64,000 nt of DNA. Source: Pseudomonadota bacterium (GTDB lineage: Bacteria; Pseudomonadota; Alphaproteobacteria; UBA1280; RI-95). Location: NCBI GenBank assembly GCA_016125375.1, contig WGLU01000003.1, positions 36,954 to 100,953 of the forward strand. The letters are read 5' to 3'. Positions 53,751 to 62,948 of this stretch are shown one piece after another. The position numbers were made by a program, and so were the translations under genes. The notes under the pieces are model-generated. The model made no database searches. It worked only from the letters and a program-made list of their open reading frames with translations, and had not been told where the DNA came from. Every line of letters starts with the position of its first letter. The stretch's first letter is position 1.

Positions 53751-54810
53751 GAGGTGCTTGCTCCAGTCGTATCATTTCCGTAATCGGAACAAGGTAGATG
53801 CCCTTTTCGGCCAGTGTCGGTATCCACTTCTGCAGCGCCTCGATGGTGCGCGGATGCGGGTGGCCGATGGCAATTACCTTGCCGTGCGTTTTGGCGCGCG
53901 CTTCTATGTGTGCCAAAGCCTGCTCAAGGTGCGGCATATCTTCGTAATGGTCAATAAAAACATCCCGTTCCAGCAGGGGGAGCGCCAGTCCTTGTGCGGC
54001 CGTCTTAACCTCTGACTTGCCGGTGGTCAGGCTGTCCATGAAAAACAGTCCCAGCTTGTCTGCCAGTTCCAGTACAGGGCGCATGGCACCACGGTTGCCG
54101 GTAAAGCGGCTGCCCATATGGTTATTGATGCCCACAATCAACGGCAGCAGGTCCTTAAGGTTCACCTCGGTCTTACTCACAATCTCAGCGGCACTTTGTT
54201 CGATAAAGAGTGCGTTCGGACCAGGGTCAATTTGGATGGTGCCGTGTTCGTCTCCTGTACGGGGGAGGGGCTCCATTGGCAGGTGGAGCATAATCTCGTG
54301 CCCTTTTTCCTTGGCCTCACGGGATTGTTTCTCGGTACCGTGGCCATAGGGCAGGAAGGAGAGTGTCACTTCCGGCGGCATGGTCTGGACCATTTTCTCG
54401 GACTGCTCGACGTTCACACCCATATCGTCAATCACAATCGCTACACGTTTGGCATCCGCGGGCAAACTTGGGGGAGGTGCCGCGTGGGTCATCCACAGCG
54501 GGGTGGGGCGCGCATCAACAGCCGCACCGGAGGGTGTAACCGGTGCCATATGTGCGGGCTGCATGGGGCTAATGGCTGTCTCGGCAATGCCGGACTCCTG
54601 AAAGTGCAGTTCCTCAATAACCTTGTCCCACGGCACAACAACGTTGGCAGCGTTGCCGGGCAGGCCGAGGGGCGTTTCCCGCGAGGCAGCTATGGCAGCC
54701 TCTTCCTTGCGGTGACGCTCTGCCATCACCCACCACGTCAGCACGCTGGCTGCGAGGAGGGTGAGGGCACCCACCGTTCCTGCAAGGATATGGTGGGGGC
54801 GGAGGTTCAT
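53716..54810 (-). CDS. divergent polysaccharide deacetylase family protein (YibQ-like)
   Basis: N-terminal TM then a YibQ/DUF610-like domain 'VAIVIDDMG...LPYGHG...HLPME'. Confidence 0.6.
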   Translation of the reverse strand: MNLRPHHILAGTVGALTLLAASVLTWWVMAERHRKEEAAIAASRETPLGLPGNAANVVVPWDKVIEELHFQESGIAETAISPMQPAHMAPVTPSGAAVDARPTPLWMTHAAPPPSLPADAKRVAIVIDDMGVNVEQSEKMVQTMPPEVTLSFLPYGHGTEKQSREAKEKGHEIMLHLPMEPLPRTGDEHGTIQIDPGPNALFIEQSAAEIVSKTEVNLKDLLPLIVGINNHMGSRFTGNRGAMRPVLELADKLGLFFMDSLTTGKSEVKTAAQGLALPLLERDVFIDHYEDMPHLEQALAHIEARAKTHGKVIAIGHPHPRTIEALQKWIPTLAEKGIYLVPITEMIRLEQAPRDDTDSPHANP

Positions 54811-56147
54811 TAGGAGGCGTCTCTCTGTTTCCAGATGCTCAGAGCTTTAACAACGCCCAGCGCACGGTCGAGCTGGTAATCAAACGGTGCGTCTTCGGCT
54901 GCATCGGCCTTGTCTTTACCGTCTTTGTCCTTTTTGGCGCTCTTGTCTTTTTTGCCGGGCTTCTTGTCAGCTTTATCGTCGGCCTTTTTCTTGTCGTCAC
55001 GGTTCACTTCGATGTGACCGCGCAGGTTGGCCTCGCTGACATATTCGCTGGCAGACTGCTCTTTAATCTCGGCCGGTTTGACCTCGATGTCCGGTACGAT
55101 ACCGGTGGCCTGAATCGAACGGCCGGACGGTGTGTAGTACAGGGCAGTGGTCAGGCGCATACCGGCGCCACCGGGCAGGGAGATAATGGTTTGCACCGAG
55201 CCTTTACCGAAGGATTTTGTACCCATGATGACCGCACGTTTGTGGTCTTGCAGAGCGCCGGAGACGATCTCGGAGGCCGAGGCGCTGCCGCCGTTAATCA
55301 GGACCACCATTGGTGCGCCTTTAATAACGTCGCCCTCTTTGGCGTAGTTGCGGCTGTTCTGGCCTTCAATACGGCCCTTGGTGGAAACAATCTCGCCCTT
55401 GTCCAAGAAGGCATCGGCAAGGTAGATGGCCTGTGTCAGCAAACCACCCGGGTTGTTACGCAGGTCAAGCACCAGGCCGTTCAGGTCTTTGCCGCCATTG
55501 TCGGCTACCAGTTCTTTCATGGCTTTGGGCAGCAGCTCTTCCACCTGTTCGTTGAAGGTGGAGACGCGCACGTAACCGATACCGCCATCCTTCAGGTCCC
55601 AGCGCACGGAACGGATTTTGATTTTGTCGCGGACGATGGTTACGTCAAAGGTGCGTTTTTCTTCTTCGCGGAAAATCTTCAGGTTGATTTTGGTGCCGAT
55701 AGGCCCGCGCATTTTTTCCACGGCATCGTTCAGGGTCATGCCTTGCACGTCTTCACCGTCGATCTGGATGATCATGTCGCCCGACTCAAGGCCTGCGCGG
55801 TCGGCAGGGGTATCTTCGATGGGGCTGACAATTTTAACAACGCCGCTTTCCATGGTGACTTCAATGCCCAGACCACCAAACTCACCTTTGGTTTGTTCAC
55901 GCATGTTGTCGTAGGATTCCGGCGGCATATAAGAGGAGTGGGGATCCAGCGAGGTCAGCAGGCCGCTGATGGCAGCTTCGATGAGCTTTGTCTCGGAAAC
56001 CTCTTCCACATAGTTGGTGCGCACCTTCTCAAAAACGTGGGCCAGCAGGTCGAGCTGACGGTAAATGTCGCGGCTGGTGGCCTGCGCATTTTGCGCACCG
56101 ACTACTGTAAAAACGCTCAAAACGGTGAGAAGGAGAATGCGTTTCAT
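54810..56147 (-). CDS. ctpA: carboxy-terminal processing protease (S41)
   Basis: PDZ plus S41 catalytic region 'GGSASASEI' (Ser) and 'TKGRIEG' (Lys). Lys/Asp-rich C-terminal tail. Confidence 0.85.
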   Translation of the reverse strand: MKRILLLTVLSVFTVVGAQNAQATSRDIYRQLDLLAHVFEKVRTNYVEEVSETKLIEAAISGLLTSLDPHSSYMPPESYDNMREQTKGEFGGLGIEVTMESGVVKIVSPIEDTPADRAGLESGDMIIQIDGEDVQGMTLNDAVEKMRGPIGTKINLKIFREEEKRTFDVTIVRDKIKIRSVRWDLKDGGIGYVRVSTFNEQVEELLPKAMKELVADNGGKDLNGLVLDLRNNPGGLLTQAIYLADAFLDKGEIVSTKGRIEGQNSRNYAKEGDVIKGAPMVVLINGGSASASEIVSGALQDHKRAVIMGTKSFGKGSVQTIISLPGGAGMRLTTALYYTPSGRSIQATGIVPDIEVKPAEIKEQSASEYVSEANLRGHIEVNRDDKKKADDKADKKPGKKDKSAKKDKDGKDKADAAEDAPFDYQLDRALGVVKALSIWKQRDAS

Positions 56148-56192
56148 GAAAAGGCGTCCTGTTTATTATCTGTTTTGACGGGCGTACCCGTT

Positions 56193-57224
56193 TTATTTTT
56201 TCGCAGCCAGAATCCGTTTCGGATTAACTGCCCGGCCACGTCTACGGAGCTCAAAGTATAGTGTAGGCTGTTCTTCGTCCGGCAGAAAGCCAAGAATACC
56301 ACCCGCCGGAACAAAATCACCCACCTTGACGCGGCTTTTGCCAAAACCGCTGTACAGGGTATGTGCGTCATCCTGATGTTCAAGGATAACCAAATAACCA
56401 TACCCCTTAAAATCGTCGCTGTAAATGACACGCCCCTCGACCACAGCACGTATACCCTGCTTTTTCTCACCCCGTATGGTCAGGCCTTGCGCATGCAGGC
56501 CAGTGGCAGGGTCGGGGTCGTTCCAGTGGCGGATAACACGACCGTCTACAGGCAGCCGTGCGTAGAGTTTTTCGTCCCTGTCCGGCAGCAGGTTGCGGGT
56601 GCGGCGCTGGTATTTGGCAAACAAATCATCAATCGAATCACTACCGCTCAGGGTCTGGGCTTCCTGCAGCAGGTGCATGCGTTCGGTTTCCGGTAAAGCC
56701 AGGAGGGCGACCTGACGGTCGCGCAGGATTTTAAGCTCGCCGCGCTGTTCTTCCACTTCCGAAAGCGCCTTCTCCAGCTGTCGCTGGGTGGCTTCCGTTT
56801 CGTTGAGGGTATCAATCAGTTCCTTGAGGTTGGTTTTACCAGTTGCGATGTCATTCTGTACCGCTTTGCGGCTGATGTTCAGGATGCCGCGGCGGCGTCC
56901 CTGCTGGTGCAGGGCGTCGTAGGCAGAAAGAGCGGCTGCGGGCGTGCGTTCGACCCGGGCCATGGCGGTCAGGGTGGCATTGAAGCTGCGGATGTCCTGC
57001 GCCTGTTCGACGCGCAGGTCTTTTTCTTTTTCCTGCAAAGCGGCAAGGTTGGACTGAATGTCGGTGATTTCCGTCTGCATGCGGGCGTTTTCCCGGTCAA
57101 CACGGGCGATGGCAGTGTCCAGTTTGCGCAGCTCGGCTTCCAGATCCTCCTGCGTTGGCAGCAGATCCAAGGCATGAGCGGGGACCACCCCCAACAGAAG
57201 AATCAGCTGAACGAAACCAGGCAT
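56193..57224 (-). CDS. M23 peptidase-domain murein hydrolase activator (EnvC/NlpD-like)
   Basis: Signal peptide, long coiled coil, and C-terminal LytM/M23 domain 'YGYLVILEHQDDAHTLYSGFG'. Confidence 0.75.
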   Translation of the reverse strand: MPGFVQLILLLGVVPAHALDLLPTQEDLEAELRKLDTAIARVDRENARMQTEITDIQSNLAALQEKEKDLRVEQAQDIRSFNATLTAMARVERTPAAALSAYDALHQQGRRRGILNISRKAVQNDIATGKTNLKELIDTLNETEATQRQLEKALSEVEEQRGELKILRDRQVALLALPETERMHLLQEAQTLSGSDSIDDLFAKYQRRTRNLLPDRDEKLYARLPVDGRVIRHWNDPDPATGLHAQGLTIRGEKKQGIRAVVEGRVIYSDDFKGYGYLVILEHQDDAHTLYSGFGKSRVKVGDFVPAGGILGFLPDEEQPTLYFELRRRGRAVNPKRILAAKK

Positions 57225-58747
57225 GAACCGTCCATATCCATGGGGATGGGCAGGCCCATCAGGGTCAAAACCGTCGGCGCCACATCGGCAAGCCGGCCGT
57301 CCTTCACTTTTGCACCGGTACGGCCAACGTAGATGAAGGGCACGGGGTTGGTGCTGTGCTGGGTGCTGCGTCCGCCCTTGTCGTCCAGCATTTCCTCGAT
57401 GTTGCCGTGGTCGGCGGTAATCATGGCCTCGCCACCGGCGCGTTTAACGGCCAGCAACACTTTATCAAGGAAGGTATCAATGGCTTCTACTGCGGCAATG
57501 CCGGCTTCCATGATGCCGGAGTGGCCAACCATGTCGCCGTTGGCGACGTTGCAGACGATAAAGTCGTACTGCTTGCTTTCAATAGCTGCGACCAGTTTAT
57601 CCGTGAGTTCCGGTAGGGACATTTCCGGCTGAAGGTCGTAGGTGCGTACCTTGGGGGAGGGGACCAGAATGCGGTCCTCCCCATTGTAAGGCTCGTCGCG
57701 CCCGCCGTTGAAAAAGAAGGTCACGTGGGCGTATTTTTCCGTTTCGGCAATCCGCAACTGGCGTTTGCCTTCCTGTGCCAGAATCTCTCCCAGTAGGTTA
57801 CGGTGGAGTTCGGGGGCGAACATCACACGTACGCGGCCGTCAAAAGTGCTGTCATATTCGGTCATGGTGATGACGGTGGTGAGCTTGGGGCGCATGGCGC
57901 GGGGCATGTCCGTTAGCTCGGCGTCGATAAAAGTGCGCACAATCTGGCGCATCCGGTCGGCGCGGAAGTTGAAGAAGAACAACGCATCGCCATTCTGTAC
58001 GGTGCCACCGTCTTTCAGGGGGGGCAGGGCTGTGGTCTGGACGAACTCATCATCTTCGCCGCGCACGTGGGCACTGGCAAGAGCCGCCAGAATATCCACG
58101 CCCTCAAACGCGGCATGGCCTTGGGTGTACATGTCATAAGCGGCTTGAGTACGGTCCCATCGCTTGTCACGGTCCATGGCGTAAAAGCGCCCGCAGACAT
58201 CGGCAATTTTGACGTTTTTGAGGCCTTTGATTTTTTTCAGAAAATCAGGCAGCTGCTTTTTGGCGTCCCGCGGTGGCGTATCTCGCCCGTCCAGAATGGC
58301 ATGGATGTAGACAGGCTTGTCCAGCTTGTCCAGCTCTGCGGCCAAAGCTGCGGCATGGTCCATGTGGCTGTGCACGCCGCCATCGGACAGCAGGCCGAAC
58401 ATATGGATGGCGCGGCTCTTGTTCAAATCTGCCAGTGCCGCTTTGTAGGGGGCTGATTTGGCTAAGGCACCGTTATCCAGATCACGCTGGATGCGTTCCA
58501 GATTTTGCAGAACCACACGTCCCGCGCCCAGGTTCATGTGCCCGACTTCCGAGTTGCCCATCTGACCCTCCGGCAGGCCGACGAATGGGCCGTGGGTCAT
58601 CATTTTGCTGTGGGGGCAGGTGGCCAGCAGTCCATCAAGGACCGGTGTGTTGGCCGCTTTTATGGCATTGCCCTCCGTGCGGTCGGACAAGCCGAAGCCA
58701 TCAAGAATGCAGAGCAGCAAAGGCGGGTGAAAGGGCTGTTTTTTCAT
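57203..58747 (-). CDS. gpmI: 2,3-bisphosphoglycerate-independent phosphoglycerate mutase
   Basis: 'LLCILDGFG...NSEVGHMNLGAGRVV' iPGM signature. Confidence 0.9.
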   Translation of the reverse strand: MKKQPFHPPLLLCILDGFGLSDRTEGNAIKAANTPVLDGLLATCPHSKMMTHGPFVGLPEGQMGNSEVGHMNLGAGRVVLQNLERIQRDLDNGALAKSAPYKAALADLNKSRAIHMFGLLSDGGVHSHMDHAAALAAELDKLDKPVYIHAILDGRDTPPRDAKKQLPDFLKKIKGLKNVKIADVCGRFYAMDRDKRWDRTQAAYDMYTQGHAAFEGVDILAALASAHVRGEDDEFVQTTALPPLKDGGTVQNGDALFFFNFRADRMRQIVRTFIDAELTDMPRAMRPKLTTVITMTEYDSTFDGRVRVMFAPELHRNLLGEILAQEGKRQLRIAETEKYAHVTFFFNGGRDEPYNGEDRILVPSPKVRTYDLQPEMSLPELTDKLVAAIESKQYDFIVCNVANGDMVGHSGIMEAGIAAVEAIDTFLDKVLLAVKRAGGEAMITADHGNIEEMLDDKGGRSTQHSTNPVPFIYVGRTGAKVKDGRLADVAPTVLTLMGLPIPMDMDGSCLVSFS

Positions 58748-58895
58748 ACCCATAACGCTACCGCTTTTAACGCCTAAAAGCAACGTCGACAAAGGCCCGT
58801 TGCTGGGGTGGTGCTCTTTATGTTAACGTGCCTCCGATTACCTGTTGTACCGCCATTGCCTTTTTCCCCCCTTGCCTGACGTAAAGGATTGTCCG

Positions 58896-59240
58896 ATGCC
58901 TTGGATTATCCCGGTTATTTCTGCTGTTCTGGCCGCTATTGGCCTCGCTCTTTCTCCGCTGGTCGGCGCGGGTCTGCTGTTCTGGCTGTTCGTCGCCAGC
59001 GTGGGTGCCCTGGCCTTCGGTCACTACGGTGACAAGGTGCTCAAGTACCCGCTGTCCAAGCAGGCCATCTGGCCGTTCCTCGGCGGTGCCATCATGACTC
59101 CGGTCGTTGCCGGCATGACGCTGGGTGTGTTGCTTGCCGGCCCGTTCGCGGTCTGGTTGCTGCTGCCGCTGGTGGTGTGCACGGCGCTGGCCGTGGTCAT
59201 TACCATCGCCGGCATGGGCATCGCCAGCTGGAAGATGTAA
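58896..59240 (+). CDS. small multi-TM membrane protein, hypothetical
   Basis: Start taken at 'MPWIIPVISAVLAAIG'. Three or four hydrophobic helices. Confidence 0.4.
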   Translation: MPWIIPVISAVLAAIGLALSPLVGAGLLFWLFVASVGALAFGHYGDKVLKYPLSKQAIWPFLGGAIMTPVVAGMTLGVLLAGPFAVWLLLPLVVCTALAVVITIAGMGIASWKM

Positions 59241-59248
59241 CAAACGCC

Positions 59249-59285
59249 AAAGGCCGCTCCATTCGGGAGCGGCCTTTTTTGCTGT
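59249..59285. terminator. bidirectional terminator (membrane protein / rlmH)
   Basis: aaaggccgctcc-attcgg-gagcggccttt followed by T6. Confidence 0.7.
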
Positions 59286-59735
59286 TTAATCGCGGTGGTA
59301 GGGGTGCCCGGCGTTAAGGCTGAAGGCACGGTAGAGCTGCTCCAGCACAATCGGGCGGACCATCATATGCGGGAATGTCATGTCCGAGAGGGAGAGCAGC
59401 AGGTCGGCACGGGTGCGTACAGCGTCGCCGTGGCCGTCGGCACCACCAATGAGGAAGGCCAGCTTGTGCTTGCCTGTGTCGGCTTGTTTCTGGAGGTAAG
59501 TGGCGAAATCGCGGGTGGTCATGCGTTTGCCCCGCTCATCAAGGGCAATGACCAGATGGTCGGCGGAAACTTTTGCCAGCAGGCTTTCCGCCTCTTTGTC
59601 GGATGTGGGGGACTGCGGTACTTCGACGACCGCCGTTTTGCCGTAGGGCTTAAGGCGCGTCAGGTACATCTCCACCAGCGACAGGATGGGTTTATCACGG
59701 CATTTGCCGACGGCAATAAGGGTGATATCCATCAC
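59286..59735 (-). CDS. rlmH: 23S rRNA (pseudouridine1915-N3)-methyltransferase
   Basis: SPOUT fold with 'LIALDERGK' and 'FLIGGADG'. Confidence 0.85.
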   Translation of the reverse strand: MMDITLIAVGKCRDKPILSLVEMYLTRLKPYGKTAVVEVPQSPTSDKEAESLLAKVSADHLVIALDERGKRMTTRDFATYLQKQADTGKHKLAFLIGGADGHGDAVRTRADLLLSLSDMTFPHMMVRPIVLEQLYRAFSLNAGHPYHRD

Positions 59736-59778
59736 AAGGTGGACTCCATGTCCGTTAACAACTCAAGGGGTTAGGGTG

Positions 59779-60204
59779 TTATAGAATCCCCAAATCGGCC
59801 TTGCTGTCAACCTGTTCGTCATCGTCCCAGAACGTGGGGCTCCACAGGCGTTCCAAGCGGTAAAGCTGGCGCGCCTCGGGCTGGAACACGTGCACGACGA
59901 CACTCCCTGCATCCAGCAGTACCCAGTGACCGCTTGCGGTCCCTTCAACACTGTGGACGACAGAGCCCTGTTTTTCCAACTCGGCACGCACGTTGTCGAT
60001 CAACGTGTTGACGTGACGGTCCGACGTACCGGTGGCGATAATCAGCGCATCGGCCATAGCGGACTTGCCTTTGAGGGAAATAACAGCGATGTCTTCGGCT
60101 TTTTTGTCTTCCAGCGCCCGTCGGGCGGTGAGAATGTCCTGTTCAACAGGGTTACCCTTGTTCACAAGACTCAGTTTGCGTTTGTGTGTGCTAATGGCAG
60201 TCAA
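59779..60204 (-). CDS. rsfS: ribosome silencing factor RsfS (Iojap)
   Basis: 'AEDIAVISLKGKSAMADALIIATG' is the Iojap core. Confidence 0.85.
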   Translation of the reverse strand: MTAISTHKRKLSLVNKGNPVEQDILTARRALEDKKAEDIAVISLKGKSAMADALIIATGTSDRHVNTLIDNVRAELEKQGSVVHSVEGTASGHWVLLDAGSVVVHVFQPEARQLYRLERLWSPTFWDDDEQVDSKADLGIL

Positions 60205-60218
60205 CCTCCTCCTCCTTC

Positions 60219-60866
60219 TTATGTGGTGGCACCGTAGGTGTTTTGCAAACGTATCCGCTCCAGCACGCGCGGATGCATATTCGCCACTTCTCCGCCACGG
60301 CGGATTTGGCGGCGAATGTCGGTTGCTCGTCCTTCATGGACAGGAGCAAACAGAACACGCCAGTTCGGCAGGGAAGTGTCCAGAGAGGCACTTTCCTTAC
60401 GCCGGCGATAACGGGCAAAACGGATGGCCGCAGGGCTTTTGAGGCCCGCAAGCGGCGCATCGCCACGGTTGATGACGGCAATCGGCACGGTCTGGAAGAT
60501 TTTCCCCCAGGCTTCCCATTTGTGGAAGCTCATCAGGTTATCCGTGCCCATCAGCCAGACAAACAGCACATCGGGATATGCTTCCTTCAGGGCAAGCAGG
60601 GTATGGTAGGTAAAGGTCGTATGAATCCGGTTCTCAAAGTCGCTGACTTTAAGCCATGGGTTGCCATCGGCCAACAGGGTGCACATGGCCATACGCTCTG
60701 CGAATGGCGCCATGCCTTTTTTCGCTTTCAGGGGATTTTGCGGGCTGACGAGGAGCCAGACTTCGTCCAGCTGGAGGCGGCGGTAAGCCGTCCGTGCCAA
60801 GGCCAGGTGGCCAAGGTGCGGGGGGTTGAATGACCCGCCGAGGATGCCGATGCGACGTTTGGGCAA
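60219..60866 (-). CDS. nadD: nicotinate-nucleotide adenylyltransferase
   Basis: 'IGILGGSFNPPHLGHL' (H/T)xGH motif. Confidence 0.85.
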   Translation of the reverse strand: MPKRRIGILGGSFNPPHLGHLALARTAYRRLQLDEVWLLVSPQNPLKAKKGMAPFAERMAMCTLLADGNPWLKVSDFENRIHTTFTYHTLLALKEAYPDVLFVWLMGTDNLMSFHKWEAWGKIFQTVPIAVINRGDAPLAGLKSPAAIRFARYRRRKESASLDTSLPNWRVLFAPVHEGRATDIRRQIRRGGEVANMHPRVLERIRLQNTYGATT

Positions 60867-60941
60867 TACGTGCCTTTCTTTCGTCAGTTACACCATAAGC
60901 TCTTATCAGTATAGGGCTTGGGCAATCCGGTGCAAAGGTTT

Positions 60942-62948
60942 TTAACGCCGGCGCCCTTCCACCCACCAGGTAAGCAACAAGCTTGCCAGACCGGCCAGCA
61001 ACCAGGTCCAGGCAGGGAGCAGCGGCTGTCGCGTCAGCCCGGTTACCTCGCTGCGGTCCAATCTGGGCAGGCCAATCCAGCCGGCACCGGCCGCCGGCAT
61101 GCCGGCCCGCAGGCGGACAACGTCCGGATCGGTACCCAAATCGTCACGGTAACTGCCGCCGGTGCTTTCGGCCAGTGCTTGCAGGGCTGGTGTATTATCT
61201 TTAGGCAGCCATTCAAGGTCCTTCACGCTGCCTTTAACTGCGTAGGCAACGTGCCCGCTGCTGCTTTTGAGGGTGTACAGGCCGTCTTCGTCGGCCGGGA
61301 CGACTGCCTTGAAGTTTTCATCCTTTGTCAGCGTAATGGTTGTCTTCTCCCCGCGAGGTGCCGTGATGTCCACATCCTGGGTCGGGGCGTCGCTCAGGGA
61401 GCGGTAGTTGACCGTCAGGCTATGGTCGGTCACCTTGCCTGTCAGGGCTTCCTCTTCCAGTTCAGGTTCCTGCATCAGCCAGTGGGTGAGGCGACGCAGC
61501 ATTTCGATTTCAGGGCCGCCGCCATCAATACCCCGCGCCCAGAACCAGAAGTGATCGCTCATCCACGCGGCAACACGGCCACGGCCCACATGGTTCAGGA
61601 CCAGTAGCGGATAGCCTTTGATGCCTTCGAGCAGGGTTTCGCCACCTGTGGGGAGCGCGGGAACCTGATGGCGGAACTGCCCCCATTCTGTTTGCTCTTT
61701 CTCGAAAATCTCCGTCACCGGGTGGCGCAGGCCAAGCTTGGTCAGTTTGGCGCGGTAAGGGGTGGTCAAGTTGTTGGCCATGGGGTCGAGAGGCAGAATA
61801 TCCTGCAATGGCGTGCGCGACAGGCCCAGCGGGCTGCCGTAGGCAGGCCCCGCAAGCACCATCAGGGCACCGCCGTCGCGGACGTAGTCATTGATGTTCT
61901 CAAAGTACAGGTCACGCATCATCCCGCGCTGGATGTAGTGGTCAAAAATAATCAGGTCAAAGCGTTTAAGCTGTTCCACGAACAGCTCCCGCACAGGGAA
62001 GGGAATCAGCGCCAGGTCGCGGTCCGGCGTGCTGTCACTGCGCGTAAGGGTACGCAGAATTGTAAAGTGCACCAGATTCACCGACGGGTCGCTTTTCAGC
62101 AGGCTGCGCAACACACGGCTGCCGTTGTGGGGCAGGCCGCTGACCAGCAGGACGTTCAGGTTCTCCCGTACGCCGTTAATCAGGGTCACGGCCTTGTTGT
62201 TCTGGGCGGTCAGTTCATCATCGGCGACGGGGATGCTCATCTCGAGCGCCGTGGTACCTGCACGGGTAATGGTGAACGGCAGCGTGATTTTTGTGTTGGT
62301 CGGGAAAACCTGTGTCCGGCTGTTATACCCGACGATGGAAACGGTCAGCGGCAGTTCGGTGTTCTTTTCGTCCACAATCTCCAGCGTGATGGATTGCGGT
62401 TTATCCACAATGGCGTAGGAAGGCACGTTATGTACCACAAGGCGGCGGTCATACATTTTACGGCCTGATGGAACAACATGCAGGGGGGCGGGCAGCGTAT
62501 CCGGTACCTCAGTCAGCTCACCGTCCGTGACGGCAATAATGGCGCTCAGGCTGTTATGGGGCAGGCTGTTCAGCTTGTTCTGAATCTGGGTGAACAGGTT
62601 GCTGCCCTGACCCGTTGTATCCGTCGTGGTGAGTTTGATGACGTCCACATCCGTCAGCTTGTCCAGCTTATCCGTCAGTGCCGCCATAATTTTATGTCGC
62701 TGTTCGGCGCGGGCCGGTACGTCGTTGGAGCGGCTGGCGTCTTCGACCAGCACGACCGTGTCGGGGATGGGCTTAAGGGTTTTACTTTCTTTGACCGGAC
62801 CCGCCAGCATCAGGAACAGGACCGTCACCGGTATCAGGCGCAACAGGCTGCTTTTGCCGCCTGCAACGGCAAGCAGGGCCGCCATCACCGCCAGCGGAAC
62901 CAGCAGCAACAGCGGTATCATCGGCGCAAGAGTGATGGTTGTGGTCAT
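60942..62948 (-). CDS. large membrane protein with N-terminal double-TM domain, vWA-like and class-I glutamine-amidotransferase-like regions (Bat/aerotolerance-operon-like)
   Basis: Two N-terminal TM helices, a central region 'LIIFDHY...GGALMVLAGP', and a C-terminal TM. 668 aa. Family assignment is tentative. Confidence 0.4.
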   Translation of the reverse strand: MTTTITLAPMIPLLLLVPLAVMAALLAVAGGKSSLLRLIPVTVLFLMLAGPVKESKTLKPIPDTVVLVEDASRSNDVPARAEQRHKIMAALTDKLDKLTDVDVIKLTTTDTTGQGSNLFTQIQNKLNSLPHNSLSAIIAVTDGELTEVPDTLPAPLHVVPSGRKMYDRRLVVHNVPSYAIVDKPQSITLEIVDEKNTELPLTVSIVGYNSRTQVFPTNTKITLPFTITRAGTTALEMSIPVADDELTAQNNKAVTLINGVRENLNVLLVSGLPHNGSRVLRSLLKSDPSVNLVHFTILRTLTRSDSTPDRDLALIPFPVRELFVEQLKRFDLIIFDHYIQRGMMRDLYFENINDYVRDGGALMVLAGPAYGSPLGLSRTPLQDILPLDPMANNLTTPYRAKLTKLGLRHPVTEIFEKEQTEWGQFRHQVPALPTGGETLLEGIKGYPLLVLNHVGRGRVAAWMSDHFWFWARGIDGGGPEIEMLRRLTHWLMQEPELEEEALTGKVTDHSLTVNYRSLSDAPTQDVDITAPRGEKTTITLTKDENFKAVVPADEDGLYTLKSSSGHVAYAVKGSVKDLEWLPKDNTPALQALAESTGGSYRDDLGTDPDVVRLRAGMPAAGAGWIGLPRLDRSEVTGLTRQPLLPAWTWLLAGLASLLLTWWVEGRRR

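Noticed and set aside
55014-56261. 415-aa plus-strand ORF opposite ctpA
   Set aside because: Antisense to a clear S41 protease gene. Gly/Val/Asp-rich.
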